NCBI RefSeq assembly: GCF_004010195.1
Contig: NC_057718.1
Coordinates: forward strand, 15,667,416-15,731,415
DNA length: 64,000 nucleotides
Reading direction: 5' to 3'
From: Chiloscyllium plagiosum
Lineage: Eukaryota
Below are positions 1 to 13,854 of the stretch, piece by piece. Position 1 is the first letter of the stretch, and each line of letters starts with the position of its first letter. A program made the position numbers and the translations under genes. Under the pieces are notes generated by a model. That model was not told where the DNA came from. It saw only the letters and a list, made by a program, of their open reading frames with translations, and made no database searches.

Positions 1-332
1 TCTTTATAAGGTCATCTCTCAGCCCCTGATGCTCCAAGGAAGATATCCCCAGCCTTTTCAGCCTCTCCTTATGGCTCAAACCCTCCAACCCTGGCAACAT
101 CCATTTAAATCTTTTCTTGACCCTTGCAAGTTTCACAACATCCTTCTTACAACAGGGAGACCAGAAGTGCATGCAGTATTCCAAAAGTGGCCTAACCAAT
201 GTCCTGTACAGCTGCAACATGACCTCCCAATTCCTAGATCACTGCACTGACCAACAAAGGCAAGCTTACCAAACACCTTCACTATCCTACCTACCTGCAA
301 CTCCATTATGAAAGAACTATGAACTCGCACTT
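1..332 (-). mobile_element. CR1-type LINE fragment (RT C-terminal region), degenerate
   Basis: The minus strand reads as decayed CR1 ORF2 (LVRPLLEYCMHFWSP-like, ...ERLGIS...RGDL). It runs off the window edge. Confidence 0.8.
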
Positions 333-1572
333 CTTATAACTGAAAGGTCTTTCCCAATTTGGTTTAAAGCAGTATCTTTTCCCATTTTCATAAATTCGCA
401 ATTCAAATAAAACGGGTTCTTTCATTCAAATATTACAGAAAAAAAACTGAGAAGGTACGAGAACAGAATAATAAAATTAGAAAGTGAATAGATTAACTAT
501 CTTTATAGCAAACATCTTTTGAACAACCAGATTTTGACTAATGTCAAGATGCGACCTTTTAAAAAGATCAAATCTTATTTGAAACATATCCATCAGAACA
601 TATATTCCTCAGCTTGTGGGTTTAAAAATTTATACTGTAAGAAATATTGAAATCGCATCTTAACAGTACTAATTAAAAATGGAACTCAAGTCTGACCAGA
701 AATTAAGTTGAACGACACTTGCTTCCTGACTAAATGCTGGTAACATGGGACACTTCGAAAGCCACTAAGTTTCAGGTATGGAATATGAACAGGGTTTTAT
801 TATTTACTTCAATAGTCAAAATGTAGATGGACAAGATAGGTAAGGGAGAGGGAGATGCAGAATCTCAAACCAGAGTTGTTGAAGGAAATGTCTAAAATTG
901 GGAAGATAATTAGGAAAATAATTGAAAGTAGGTGGTACATCCATGCACCTGTTAACCTTGTTCTTCAAGGCAGAAGTGAAGAGTTTGGAAGGTACAGTAA
1001 AAGAAGTTTGCTGAACTGATGCAGTACATCTTTATTGTATGAACAATACCATTGAAGAAACTGAATGTTTTGGGCGCTTACAGTGCCAATCAAGTAGGTT
1101 GCCTTATCCAAGATGACATTAAGCTCAACTTTGCCTTATTCAGACAGTGGAGAGCATAGCATGCACAAGACTTGTACCTTTTAGATGATACAATTAAAGG
1201 ATGCCACTTGCTACAGATTACCTGTAAGGTAAACTGGAATACATGTGCAATGTTAAAGATTGTCTACTTTGCATGCAAAGTCTGATGTAAAGAAAGTAAT
1301 AACATAAAAGTTCAAATCAATTTGGAATGAAACAGGCAATGCAATAGTCCTGACTCATATGGAGAAGGACAGGACTTTTCCTTGCAACTAAAGGGTTATT
1401 AGTAACTATTGCTTAGCATCCAAATGGCATCAATGCAAAAATTAACATTTTTTTCTTAAATGGCAATGGCATAATTCATTAAGGCTAAAGACTCTCATTA
1501 GGCATAATTCTAATTAATGTATTCAGTTGTAAAGGGAATAAGGATTGCGGTAAAAGACATATTAAAACATAC

Positions 1573-1826
1573 CTTGCCAGGGAGAAACACTGATTTAACA
1601 ACTCTGGACACTGCAAGGTCGTAAAGGCAGAGGATGCTACCTTCAGATTCTTTTAATCCTATTAATAATCCGGTTCTTTTCAACCAGCAGAATTCTTTTA
1701 CAGCCAGAATAGTTGGGGGTTGTTCTCCAACTCCACGGAATCTATAAGCTGAAAGTCGTTCACCTGTGATTGAGTTAAGCAGCTCTAAATGAGCGCCACA
1801 AGCTAGCCAGGCCAATCCATTTCTAC
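1573..1826 (-). CDS. AHCTF1: AHCTF1/ELYS second coding exon (254 nt)
   Basis: Bounded by TTTCAG| and |GTATG. Encodes (S)[84 protein letters not shown], matching the ELYS N-terminal beta-propeller. Its phase fits the preceding exon. Confidence 0.96.
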
Positions 1827-2827
1827 CTGAAAGAGAAACACAAGCGAATCAACACATTTATTCTGACAAATAAAAATTTCCTTTAAAACCTTAAGTGAAA
1901 CATTTTGATCTTTGAAAAAGAGCATATAAATTCAGAAAACTAAAATTGTAAATGTCTTTTAGGAAAGGAAACTAAAATGTACCAGATCTGCCCTATCAGA
2001 CTTCAGACACAGAGTTGCTAATGAGATATTCTTTTAGCAACAAAGGAGATATCAAATGTATTGTCAATTAAACGCTTTGAGACAGTTGCACAGAAATCGG
2101 CTAACAGGTGAATCAGTAACTAAAATGCTGGAACTTCATCTTGTATCGTATGCCCCAGTTACACAATCTCTCCCTGTATTCACACTCACTGACTTAAAAG
2201 AGGTAGAACGAAGTGTGGTGCTGACCAAGTCTAAGCTGTTGTAACACATTTATTAATTCTCTCGACAACCCAGTCAAAATGTTTTCTCTAAAGCAAAGCT
2301 AGAACTTTGGAATTCATCATAATTATTCAATGCCACATGCTCCATTTGCAATCCTTGTGCCAAATGCCTCTGATCAGAACTGTGCAAAACATTTGACCTC
2401 ACCAATGAGCTTCGTTGAAAGGCATGTTTGCACATTGACAATTGGTTTTAGGTGAATCAAATCAGAATATATCTTGCTATAGTATGCCTGAAGATCACAT
2501 AAGATCACTAAGCTCCATTCCCCCAAGATCTGGTACAAATCTTAAAACTGAGATTGAATCAAACAGAATGAGCACAAATCAATATTCTTCCTCAGTCTTC
2601 TCAGAAAAGTTCAAAAGACAGGCCTGAACACCAGACAGAAGCTCAACCTGAGCTACAAATCTTTTCAAAACTTGCTAATGTATCCTGGTGGCTAGTTTCC
2701 TGCTGGTTTGTCCAAAGTAATGTTTGTTGCAGTGCTTGGAGGGTATTTTGTATATTACGTTTGTTCTGCTGACTGTGGGTATGGGGTCCTTTAACTTCAT
2801 TAGCAGCTGTTATAGTAAGATAGTAGG

Positions 2828-3725
2828 AGAAAGTGAGGACTGCAGAAGCTGTAGACCAGAGTCGAAGAGTGTGGCGCTGGAAAAGCTTAGCCAGTCAAGC
2901 AGCATCTGAGGAGCAGGAGACTTGACGTTTCGAGCATAAGCTCTTCATCAGGAATGTGGGGGGGGTTGGGGGCAGAGAGACAAATGGAGGGGTGGGGTGG
3001 TAGCTAGGAATGCGATAGTTAGGTGAAAGTGGGGGGAGATGGTGAAAGGTCGGAGCAGAGGGTGGAGCGAATAGGTGGGAAGGAAGATGGACAGGTAGGA
3101 CAGTTCAAGAGGGCGGTGTCGAATTGGACAGCAGGATCTGGGATAAGGTAGGGGGAGGGGAGAGGAGGAAACTGGTGAAATCAACATTGATTCTACTTGG
3201 TTGGAAGGTCCCAAGGCAGAAAATGCGGCGTTCTTCCTCCAATTGTTGAGTGTCTAGGAATTGATGACGGAGGAGGCCCAGGAGCAAACACGGGAGGGGG
3301 AGTTGAAGTGGTTGGCCACAGGGCGGTGGGTTCGTTAGTGCATGTCCCAGAGGTGTTCCCCGAAACATTCTGCAAGTTGGTGTCCTGTCTCCCCAATGTA
3401 GCGGAGACCACATCCAAAGCAATGGACACAGCAGAGGAGGTGTTTGGATGCGCAGGAAAATCTCTGCTGAATGTGGAAGGATCCTTTGGGGCCTTGGATG
3501 GAGGTGAGGGAGGTGTGCGGGCGCAAGTTTTACATCTCTTGTGGCGGCAAAGGAAGGTGCCAGGAGTGGGTTGATGGGGGTGTGGACTCAACAAGAAAGT
3601 TGCAGAGGGAATGGTCTCTGCAGAATGGGGAAGGAAATATATCTCTGGTCTGACTGTAGGTGGTGCAAATGGTGGAGAATGGTGCTTTTTAAATCAGGAG
3701 GGGTGGAAGGTGAGGACCAGGGGAT
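2828..3725 (-). mobile_element. Penelope-like element, Neptune-type, 3' part with hammerhead motif
   Basis: Fragments with CRHKRCKTC, CVHCFGCGLRYIGETGHQLAECFGEHL and EERRIFCLGTFQP (Cys-rich linker plus GIY-YIG). Hammerhead core at 2924-2951. Confidence 0.8.
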
Positions 3726-4140
3726 TTCTATCTTTGTAGTAGGTTTGTGGGCTACCATGATGCCTAGGGGACAGAGTAGTCTGGTGGTCATCTCTGAAAT
3801 GTTTTTGATGTATAGTGACTAGAGTTCCCAGGAGTGTTGAGTTTTCCTCTTTTGGTCCGTTGTGCAGGAATTTGCAGACTGCACTTATCGGATATCCGTT
3901 GTCCCCGAATACGCTGTATACTTGTTTCCCCTTGGCTTCTTGTGTGCATATTTTTACCATGACCAAAGTACTTTTGACATATTTATATATTCTAAACATT
4001 TCAACAACCTCACTACAATGGGTTAAGTTGGTTATATCTTGTGATTCCCAAGTCATCCTTGCATTTTTACCAGTTCAAATCAAATACAGGATCTTTGAAT
4101 GTTTGCTGCAGCAACATAGTTACTTGACTGAAGTCGAGCC
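3726..4140 (-). mobile_element. Penelope-like element fragment, Poseidon-type
   Basis: YSVFGDNGYP..VCKFL and RLLCPLGIMVAHKPT motifs. Same family as 7850-8800. Confidence 0.65.
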
Positions 4141-4609
4141 AACATGGAAGCTTTAAAGTTACTGTGCAGCCACTTGGCTTTGAGGGAAATGCTAATACCT
4201 GCAAGCTACTAGGCAGCGCAAGTATCAATAAAATGATGCAACAAAAAAAATAAAAACTTTGCTCAATTCCTAGAAAGGAGTACCAAAAAAAGATGCTACC
4301 ACTGAACACTGTTAAGAACACAATCATTGTCAAGGATCCATCAATAACTTGAAACAAAAGTATCCAGCAATGCTTGATAAAGGAAGGATGAGAAGAAACA
4401 TCAAAATATATACAGTGTCACATTTTCCAGAAACACACTGCAAACTTTACAGTCAAAGCACACGGATATTCAGTGACATCTACTAAATCAGAAGGCGAGA
4501 GGGAAAGAAAAGAATGAATATTCAAAATTTAACGTTTAAGAAAATGTAAATGAAAAAGTTGATAGAAGTCAAACAAATAACGTTTTAATTAAACTTTGTA
4601 ATGCCTTAC

Positions 4610-4730
4610 TTGCAGCAATTTTCCCATACAGGCCCTCATCTTGTGTTGATTCATCATCACCAAGAGCTTCTATGGTCACTTCTGGAAACTGCAGTAGACC
4701 ACTGGTGACTTGGGCTGTTAGTTCACACAT
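4610..4730 (-). CDS. AHCTF1: AHCTF1/ELYS first coding exon (121 coding nt; the exon extends to 4738)
   Basis: Acceptor TTTCAG at 4739-4744, ATG at 4730, donor GTAAGG after 4610. Translates to [40 protein letters not shown], matching the ELYS N-terminus (human [19 protein letters not shown]...). It is not in the ORF track. Confidence 0.95.
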
Positions 4731-4929
4731 ACTTCACTCTGAAATAGAATAAGCCAAACCTTAAAGGGATGCTACAAATCAAATACAATACTAAATTAAT
4801 AGCAGAATTAGGTTACTCAATGACTGATCTAATCACTCCACATTCCCAAGTAATATTGGTAATATTTTACCCTTTCATCAAGAATGTACCTGTAACATCT
4901 TAAGACACTGGCCTAATTTATCCTCCTTT

Positions 4930-5925
4930 CAGCCCATCGAATCTGCTCCACCATTCAAATCATAGCTGATAAATTTCTCAACCCCATTCTTCTGCTTTCT
5001 CTACATAAGCCCTTGATATTCAAGAACCTCAGTCTTAAATTTACTCAATGACCATGGCTACACTTTCTGGCTGAAGAAGTTTCTTCTTATCTCTGTTCTA
5101 AAAAGGTCTTCCCTTTACTCCAAGGTTCCTTGGGTCCTAGTCTCTCATCCCAATGGAAACATCTTCCCAACATCATCTCTGTCCAGGCAATTTTGTATTC
5201 TGTATGTTTCAATTAGATCACTTCTCATCCTTCTAAACTCCATTGTGTATAAACCCAAAGTCCTCAAACTTTCCTATGTTAAGCTTTCCATTCCTGACAC
5301 CATTCTCGTGAACCTCCTTCCTGAGTTATGGGGCCAAAATTGCGTGCAATACTCCAAATGTGGTCTGACCAGTGCATTATTGAGTCTTAGAAGTACATCT
5401 CTCCTTTTATATTCGGGTTCTCTCAAAATAAATGCCATCATTGCATTTGCCTTTCTAACTACTGACTCAACCTGCAAGTTCTTTGAGAGAATCCTGGACT
5501 AGAACTCCCAAGTCTCTCTGCACTTTAAGACTTCTGAACTTTCTCCCATTTAGAAAATTGTCCATGCCTCTATTCTTCCTACCAAAGTGCATGGCCTCAC
5601 ACTTTCCTACATTGTACTCCATCGGCCACTTCTTTGCCCACTCTCCTAACCTGTCCAAATCCTTCTGCAGCCTCCGCACCTCCTCAGTGCAATCTGTCCC
5701 TCTACTCATCATTGTATTATTTGCAAACTTAGCCAGAATGCCCTCTATTCATTCATCTAAATCATTAATGTATGAAGTGAAAAGTGGTGGTCCCAATACT
5801 GTGCCTTGCAGAACACTACTGAGAAGGACCCTTTTATCCCCACTGTCTGCTTTCTACCAGACAGCCAAACTTCTATCCATTTTAGTACATTGACACCATG
5901 GGCCCTTATCTTACTTAGTAGTCTA
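4930..5925 (-). mobile_element. CR1 LINE, 3' part
   Basis: Motifs LQKDLDRLGEWAKKW and LVRPHLEYCTQFW, plus a CR1 3' tail. Confidence 0.88.
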
Positions 5926-7120
5926 AGCGTGTTGCTGGGAAAGCACAGCAGGTCAGGTGGCATCTGAAGAGCAGAAGAATCGACATTTTGGGCATAAGGC
6001 TTTATTCCTGATGAAGGGCTTTTGCCCGAAATGTCATCCTCGGATGCTGCCTGAACTGCTGTGGTCTTCCAGTACCACTAATCCAGAATTTTGGGCATAA
6101 GCCCTTCATCAGGAATGAGGCTGGTGGGCTGGGGGCTGAGAGATAAATGGAAGGGAGGGGTGGGGAAGGTAGCTGAGAAAGAGGAGTGATGGACAGGTCA
6201 GGATGATGGTGCCAGGTTGAAGGCTTGGGACTGGGATAATGTCAGGCGGAGGGGGGGTGTAAATGAGGAAGCTGTTGAAATCCACATTTATCCCATGTGG
6301 TTGCAGGGGTCCAAGGTGGAATATGAGACATTTTTCTTCCAGGCATCAGGTGGTAATGGTTTGCTGGTGGAGGCGGCCCAGTTCCTACACATCCTTATAG
6401 GAGTTGAAGTGTTTAATCTGGGTGGTGGGTGTTCCAGAGATGTTCTCTGAAACGATCCACAAGAAGGTGTCCTGTCTCCCTGATGTAGAGGAGACCACAC
6501 TGGATGCAACGGAGGCAGTAGTTGACATTGGTAGAGGTGTAGGTAAATTTCTGATGGATGTGGAAGGATCCCTTGTGGCCTTGAGGGGAGTGGTATGGAC
6601 GCAGGTATTCCACACTTCAGATGGTGGTCGGGAAAGGCCAGGAGCGGGATGTGGGCTGGTGGGGAGGGTTGTGTGGGCCTGATGAGGAAGTCGTGGAGGG
6701 AATGGTCTGTCCGGAATACTGGCAGGGTTTGGGGCAGGGGGATATCTTTGATGGGGGGGTCCATTTGGAGGTGGTGGAGGATGATGTGATGTATGCAGAG
6801 ATTAGTGGGATGGAAGGGGAGGAACAAGGAGGTTCTGTCCTTGTTGGGAGGGGTGGGGTTCAAGGGCGGATGTGCAGTGGAGGGCAACCTCCAACCACCG
6901 CATCATCCTGTGCCACCACCTACAAATGGACCCTAACCACTAAATATATATTTTCCTCCCCACCCCATCAGCATTCTGGAGAGATCATTCCCTATGTGAC
7001 TCCCTTGTCGGGTCCACGGCCCCCCACCAGCCCACACCCCACTCCTGGGGCCTTTCCCTGCCACCACAGGAAGTGCAAAACCTGTGCCAACACCATTCCG
7101 CTCACCTCTGCCCAAGACCT
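5926..7120. mobile_element. Rearranged Neptune-type Penelope-like element with segments in both orientations
   Basis: GIY-YIG fragment FTYTSTNVNYCLRCIQCGLLYIRETG...RFREHL on minus. Segment 6885-7120 is an inverted copy. Hammerhead-like motifs at 6008-6035 (+) and about 6091-6112 (-, truncated). Confidence 0.78.
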
Positions 7121-7849
7121 CAAGAAGAGGAGATAGGGATATTGCTGTATCAACGTAGACATGTACATAATGGCGATCAAATATTAGGGTCTGAGAATAT
7201 CAAGGATTTACAATTCTTGCTATTTATCGAATTGTTATGGAGTGATTGAAATGTTTTGGTTTATTGGTACTAGATTTATGCTCCAACACACATCCTCCCA
7301 GAACTACCTCATATTCCCCCATGCTGTTGTCTTCCACTCTCATTGTTTCTTTTTACAGTGTGTTTTGTTATTTACAGACTTGCAAAGATCGATGGGTTTT
7401 TTTTTTACTGTGTTAATAACAGTATTTAGACATCAATACATCATAAACTATTTAAATGCTGCAAACAAAATGTTTTAATCCAAAACTTGGGTACTGCTAT
7501 CACCAGGGGTGTATGGTAACGTGGTAATTATGGGAAAAGGATATTAAGTGTACTTGTCACATGAAATGCCTCTAGTAAGCATTTTCCATCTTAGGCTGGC
7601 GTTTGCACTAAATCTATGCTTTGAACACTGGGATCTCAAATAGCACTACTTCAGGAAGTCAACGAGATAGGTGCTCATAACTCCTAATATCCAATTGTAC
7701 CTACAATTTGTGGAATAATTGACAGGAACACTGATCCTTTGCAGAGTATGCAAGGCTCCCGCACATCAGTTACTACAGGTAAATTCACAGGGCAGCTAAT
7801 TTAAACACTAAGTGTAACTTGACACCTGTTTGCATAAAATAACACACAC

Positions 7850-8800
7850 TAAATTAGAGGAAACCTTCAAGACCATCATTAACATCCTTACTAGGCTAAA
7901 GTTCACAAAACAGGAACAAACTGCCATTCCTCGATGTCACAGTAGAGTGAAGAGTCAATGGGGACCTTCAAACCAGCTTCTACAGGAAAACAAACACATA
8001 CAGACCAAATACTGAACTACAGAAGCAACCATTCCAACATCCATAAACAGAGCTGCATTAGAACATTTCAATAAGCCACCACATATTGCAGCACAGAAGA
8101 ACTACGTAGAGCAGAGGAAAATTACCCAAACAGCATATTCAAAAAGAACAGGTAACCAATGAACACAGTACGCCGATTTCTCAGCAAAAACTCAACCAAG
8201 CAGAGAAAAAGTGCCCAGAAAATCTAGCCACTCTCCCCTACATCTTGGAAATGATTCGCCGACTACTCAGATGTCTTGGCATCATGGTAGCCCACAAACC
8301 CACCAACACACTAAAACAACAGCTAATGAACTTAAAAGATACTATACAGACAAGCAAAATGAATGCCATTTACAAAGTATCTTACAACTGCAACAAACAC
8401 GACACTGGACAAACAGGCAGAAAACTAGCCACCAGGATACACAAATATCAACTAGCCACAAAAGGACATCACCCATTCTCACTAGTATCCTTACATGCAG
8501 ATGATGAAGGACACCACTTTGACACATCCATCCTAGGACAAGCCAAACCAAGACACGCACAAGAATTCCTAGAAGCATGGCAATCCAACCTGAACTCTAT
8601 CAACAAATACATCGATGTGGACCCCATCTACCGTGATCTGAGGAAAAGAACAGGAAATGACATCACCAACGTAAATAGCAAGTGGGACATAACACCAGCG
8701 CTTCACCAGAGGCTCACTGATGATGTTACCTAGCATGGTGATGAAATGTCTGAAATGAACTTTCCAACTCAGCAAGCAAATTTACATCCATAAAGCACAA
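7850..8800 (+). mobile_element. Penelope-like element, Poseidon-type (RT thumb, GIY-YIG endonuclease, 3' repeat with hammerhead)
   Basis: ORF 8245-8733 reads IYKVSYNCNKHDTGQTGRKLATRIHKYQLA...EFLEAWQS...SINK. Upstream decayed PFLDV..YRK.THTDQ.L motifs. Hammerhead core at 8717-8750. Confidence 0.85.
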
Positions 8801-8884
8801 ACTTGGAGATTTCTGTTATAAATTATTAATAAAAGAATATGTTGCATCGCAACTGAAACTTTATGTTTTGAATTTGTAGAACCT

Positions 8885-11248
8885 GTCCCTGTTCGACATG
8901 GGTAGAACAGGGACAGGATTGGCTGTTGCAGGTTCCAGGGTTTAAATGTTTTAGTAGGGTCAGAGGTGAGAGTAAAAGAGGGGGAGGTGTGGCATTGCTT
9001 GTCAAAGATCGTATTACAGCGGTGGAAAGGACGATGGATGAAGACTCGCCATCTGAGGTAGTTTGGGCTGAGGTTAGGAATAGGAAAGGTGAGGTCACTC
9101 TGTTCGGAGTTTTTTTACAGTCCTAGAAACGTAGAAGAAAGGATTGCGAGGATGATTCAGGAGAAGAGTGAAAGTAATAGGGTGGTTGTTATGGGGGACT
9201 TTAACTTTCCTGATATTGATTGGGAAAGCTAGTTAGTTAGATGGGTCGGTGTTTGTCCAATGTGTGCAGGAGGGTTTCCTGACACAATATGTAGATAGGC
9301 CAACAAGAGGTGAGGCCATACTGGATTTGGTTCTGGGTAACGAACCAGGCCAGGTGTTAGAATTAGAGGTAGGTGAGCACTTTGGGGACAGTGACCACAA
9401 TTCGGTGACTTTTACTCTAGTGATGGAGAGGGACAAGTGTGCACTGAAGGGCAAGAGTTATAGCTGGGGGAAGGGAAATTATGATGCGGTGAGGCATGAC
9501 TTAGGATGCTTGGCTTGGAAAAGTAGGCTTCAAGGCAAGGGCGTAATTGATATGTGGAGCTTGTTCAAGGAGCAACTATTGCGTGTCCTTGATAAGTATG
9601 TACCTGTCAGGCAGGGAGGAAAGGGTCATGTGAGGGAGCCGTGGTGTAATAAGGAATTGGAATCCCTTGTTAAATGGAAGAGGGCAGCCTATGTAAAGAT
9701 GAGGCATGAAGGTTCAATTGGGGCAATTGAGTGTTATAAGGTAGCCAGGAAGGTCCTGAAGAGACAGCTAAGAGCAGCAAGGAGGGGACATGAAAGGTCC
9801 TTAGTTGGTAGGATTAGGGAAAACCCTAAGGCTTTCTATAGGTATGTCAGGAATAAAAGAATGACTAGGGTAGGAATAGGTCCAGTCAAGGATAGTAGTG
9901 GGAAGTTGCGTGTGGAGGCTGAAGAGATTNNNNNNNNNNNNNNNNNNNNNNNNNNNNNNNNNNNNNNNNNNNNNNNNNNNNNNNNNNNNNNNNNNNNNNN
10001 NNNNNNNNNNNNNNNNNNNNNNNNNNNNNNNNNNNNNNNNNNNNNNNNNNNNNNNNNNNNNNNNNNNNNNNNNNNNNNNNNNNNNNNNNNNNNNNNNNNN
10101 NNNNNNNNNNNNNNNNNNNNNNNNNNNNNNNNNNNNNNNNNNNNNNNNNNNNNNNNNNNNNNNNNNNNNNNNNNNNNNNNNNNNNNNNNNNNNNNNNNNN
10201 NNNNNNNNNNNNNNNNNNNNNNNNNNNNNNNNNNNNNNNNNNNNNNNNNNNNNNNNNNNNNNNNNNNNNNNNNNNNNNNNNNNNNNNNNNNNNNNNNNNN
10301 NNNNNNNNNNNNNNNNNNNNNNNNNNNNNNNNNNNNNNNNNNNNNNNNNNNNNNNNNNNNNNNNNNNNNNNNNNNNNNNNNNNNNNNNNNNNNNNNNNNN
10401 NNNNNNNNNNNNNNNNNNNNNNNNNNNNNNNNNNNNNNNNNNNNNNNNNNNNNNNNNNNNNNNNNNNNNNNNNNNNNNNNNNNNNNNNNNNNNNNNNNNN
10501 NNNNNNNNNNNNNNNNNNNNNNNNNNNNNNNNNNNNNNNNNNNNNNNNNNNNNNNNNNNNNNNNNNNNNNNNNNNNNNNNNNNNNNNNNNNNNNNNNNNN
10601 NNNNNNNNNNNNNNNNNNNNNNNNNNNNNNNNNNNNNNNNNNNNNNNNNNNNNNNNNNNNNNNNNNNNNNNNNNNNNNNNNNNNNNNNNNNNNNNNNNNN
10701 NNNNNNNNNNNNNNNNNNNNNNNNNNNNNNNNNNNNNNNNNNNNNNNNNNNNNNNNNNNNNNNNNNNNNNNNNNNNNNNNNNNNNNNNNNNNNNNNNNNN
10801 NNNNNNNNNNNNNNNNNNNNNNNNNNNNNNNNNNNNNNNNNNNNNNNNNNNNNNNNNNNNNNNNNNNNNNNNNNNNNNNNNNNNNNNNNNNNNNNNNNNT
10901 GTTTTCATTGGGGAAAAGAAGGTTTAGGGGTGACTTGATGATTAGGGGTTTAGATAGGGTTGACCGTGAGAACCTTTTTCCACGTATGGAGTCAGCTATT
11001 ACGAGGGGGCATAGCTTTAAATTAAGGGGTGGTAGGTATAGGACAGATGTTAGGGGTAGGTTCTTTACTCAGCGAGTCGTGAGTTCATGGAATGCCCTGC
11101 CAGTAGCAGTGGTGAACTCTCCCTCTTTATGGGCATTTAAGCAGGCATTGGGTAGGCATATGGAGGATAGTGGGCTAGTGTAGGTTAGGTGGGCTTGGAT
11201 CGGCGCAACAGAGGGCCTGTACTGCGCTGTATTCTTCTATGTTCTATA
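8885..11248 (+). mobile_element. CR1 LINE ORF2 (APE endonuclease to 3' UTR), interrupted by an assembly gap
   Basis: Motifs RGGGVALLV, MGDFNFP, LDLVLGN and SDHNSV, with a C-terminal FFTQRVVSSWNALP and a (TTCTATG)n tail. Confidence 0.92.
9930..10899. other. Assembly gap
   Basis: N run. Other gaps are at 18046-18471, 29174-29495, 33025-33891 and 58681-59180. Confidence 1.
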
Positions 11249-12417
11249 ACCGTCACAGCACTGAACAGAGCCATTTGTCTGGTCTTTACTGGTTATCTGA
11301 TGGAGCAATGCTTCCTTTGCCATTCTCTTACCTGTTCCTCATAGCCTTGAAGTTTTTTTTTCTGATAATGGTTAAGTTACCTTCTGAACTTCCCTTCACT
11401 ACACTCCTAGGCAACACATTCTGAATAGTAACTATTTGCTGTACAAAAATGTTCTTTCCCCATGGCACCATTACTTTTGCCAAGGATCTAGAAAAGTACT
11501 CTAACAATTGATCTCAAAACAGAATATAATGTCCAGTTAAAATCTGAAAGCCTTGGGTCAGAATCATGATATTTTCTTGTAGGTATACTTTTGTTTGACT
11601 GGAGAGAATGTGAAGGAAAGGAGGGATATTGAAGGGAGAAAAGAAGAATGAATTTATAAAACTAACCCTAGAACATACATATGGCTTCTGCAATTTTACA
11701 AATCATGAATGTGATAATCATAAACATAGTATTCTTTACTTTCTGTTCTATTACAAATAAAATTTGTTACAGGCTTTACCTATGTATTGTCAACGCAGAT
11801 TAGTGTTATTGTCAGAACTTCCTGCAGAAGCATGTTTTTTTGTTTGAAGTAATTTTACGATGTATCCAAGTATGAACAGAATATACATATTATCAATGTG
11901 ATACAAACAAACATATGCATAGTTTCTGTTTGGAGTAGTGAACAAAGCGCATAAGTAATGCACTTGTTTCAATTTTTTTGAAAGACACTGGCAAAACAGG
12001 GGCTGATAGAATCTGAATATTAACTACAGTTAAACCAGGATTATTTGTTTCAGCACACAATACTGTATTCCTGCAGCAATGTTTTAGGTTTTTTTTTGCT
12101 GGCACGAATGCCCTAGAAAGACAGCTAAGAACAAGGAGAAAACAGCACACTAATTGCTGTGGATAAATGCATGTTTCTGATCTTCATAGGTGCCTTATTC
12201 ACATTCAACATGATTCAGCTTGGCACATCAATAAATTAAATTAGAATTCATAATTTGTAATAGTTTGACATCCAGTTAAATCTAGCCAGGAAAAACAATG
12301 AGAGATTAGACAACTTAATACAATAAGAATTTGATGGTGCTAAGAGGTGTTCTCCCACCCAATGTCTAAAGCAACAGTTAACGGTCAGTCATCTTCTTCA
12401 GCAGGATGGAGAATGAC

Positions 12418-13295
12418 TTTAAACTACTTCTACATAGCTATGGAGAAGGAGAGGATTAGGCAAAATGGGAGGATATTTAATTGGGGAAGAGGAAACTATG
12501 TTGCGATTAAACATGAGTTAGGAAGCATGGATTGGGAGCAATTGTTCCATGGTAAAGGCACTATAGACATGTGGAGACTGTTTAAGGAACAGTTGTTGCA
12601 AGTGATAAATAAATGTGTCCCTCTGAGACAGGCAATAAGTGGTAAGATAAAGGAACCTTGGATGACGAGAGCGGTGGAGCTTCTCGTCAAAAGGAAAAAG
12701 GTAGCTTACGTAAGGTAGAGGAAGCTAGGGTCAAGCTCAGCTCTAGAGGATTACAAGCAGGTGAGAAGGAGCTCAAAAATGGTCTGAGGAGAGCCAGGAG
12801 GGGGCACGAGAAAGGCTTGGCAGAACAGATTAGGGAGAACACAAAGGCATTTTACACTTATGTGAGGAATAAGAGAATGGTCAAAGAAAGAGTAGGCCCG
12901 ATCAAGGATAGCACAGGGAATTTGTGTGTGGAGCCTGAGGAGGTAGGGGAAGCCCTAAATGAGTTTTTTGCTTCTGTCTTTACGAAAGAAACGAACTTTG
13001 TAGTGAATGAAACCTTTGAAAAGCAGGTAAGCATGCTGGAATGGATAGAGATAGAGGAAGCTGATATGCTGAACATTTTGTCAAACATTAAGATTGACAA
13101 GTCGCCAGGCCCAGACCAGATTTGTCACTGCCTGGAATCGTGGTGGAGACAGGTTCAATTGAAGCATTCAAGAAGGCATTGGATAATTGTTTCTGTTTAA
13201 ATAACATCCAAGGGTATGGGGAGAATGACAGTAAAGCACAATGCTCATATGGAGAGCTGGTGCAGCCACATTGGGCTGAATGGCTTCTTTCTGTG
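12418..13295 (+). mobile_element. CR1 LINE fragments
   Basis: Motifs FNWGRGNY, IRENTKAFYTY and DKSPGPDQI, followed by a different CR1 tail. Confidence 0.85.
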
Positions 13296-13854
13296 ATTCT
13301 CTCAGTCCCATTCAATCTTGGAATTAAACAGATAATTTAAAGTATAACTGTTTATAAAATATGACATTGCTAAAACGTCCTTGTGATACTGGGAATTTTC
13401 TCATCTACCCTTTGTCAGTAATGATGCTGTTCACATTATTTACAGGTATAAAGAATTTGTACCTTCTCAGCAAGTTTCTTGACTTGAGCCTCTCTTGTGA
13501 ACAAAGGAACCAAGTTCCCAGGCTTGTTGCCAGGCAGAAATTAGTACAGCTTTGATGAGTCCCTTCATTCCTTCAATTTATACTAAATTCAAAAGATAAC
13601 CTCAAAACATAACAACCATATAAATATTGTACTTGGAGCATGAAAGGTACAGAAACTCAGTTCTGTGCCTCCAAATTATGCAGGTGGATAGAAAATTATG
13701 TGCAGGAAAGAAAACCTACATTTATACCTGGGCCCAGCTACGGTTACTTATGGCCCATCAATTCAAGTCTGAATGTTTTCATAGTTTGCTGCATATGGAT
13801 ACAAGTTTCTTCTGAGGGCTCCTGAATGGTACTGATCACTATCAGGAAACAGTC

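Noticed and set aside
1510..1572. C-terminal extension of ORF 1510-1815 (VCFNMSF...)
   Set aside because: This is read-through into the intron past the GT donor at 1572.
9249..11183. Long ORFs of 644, 422, 352 and 278 aa in the ORF track
   Set aside because: Their lengths are artefacts of reading through N gaps. Only the flanking parts are real (CR1, PLE, gag, SRD5A2 exon 1).
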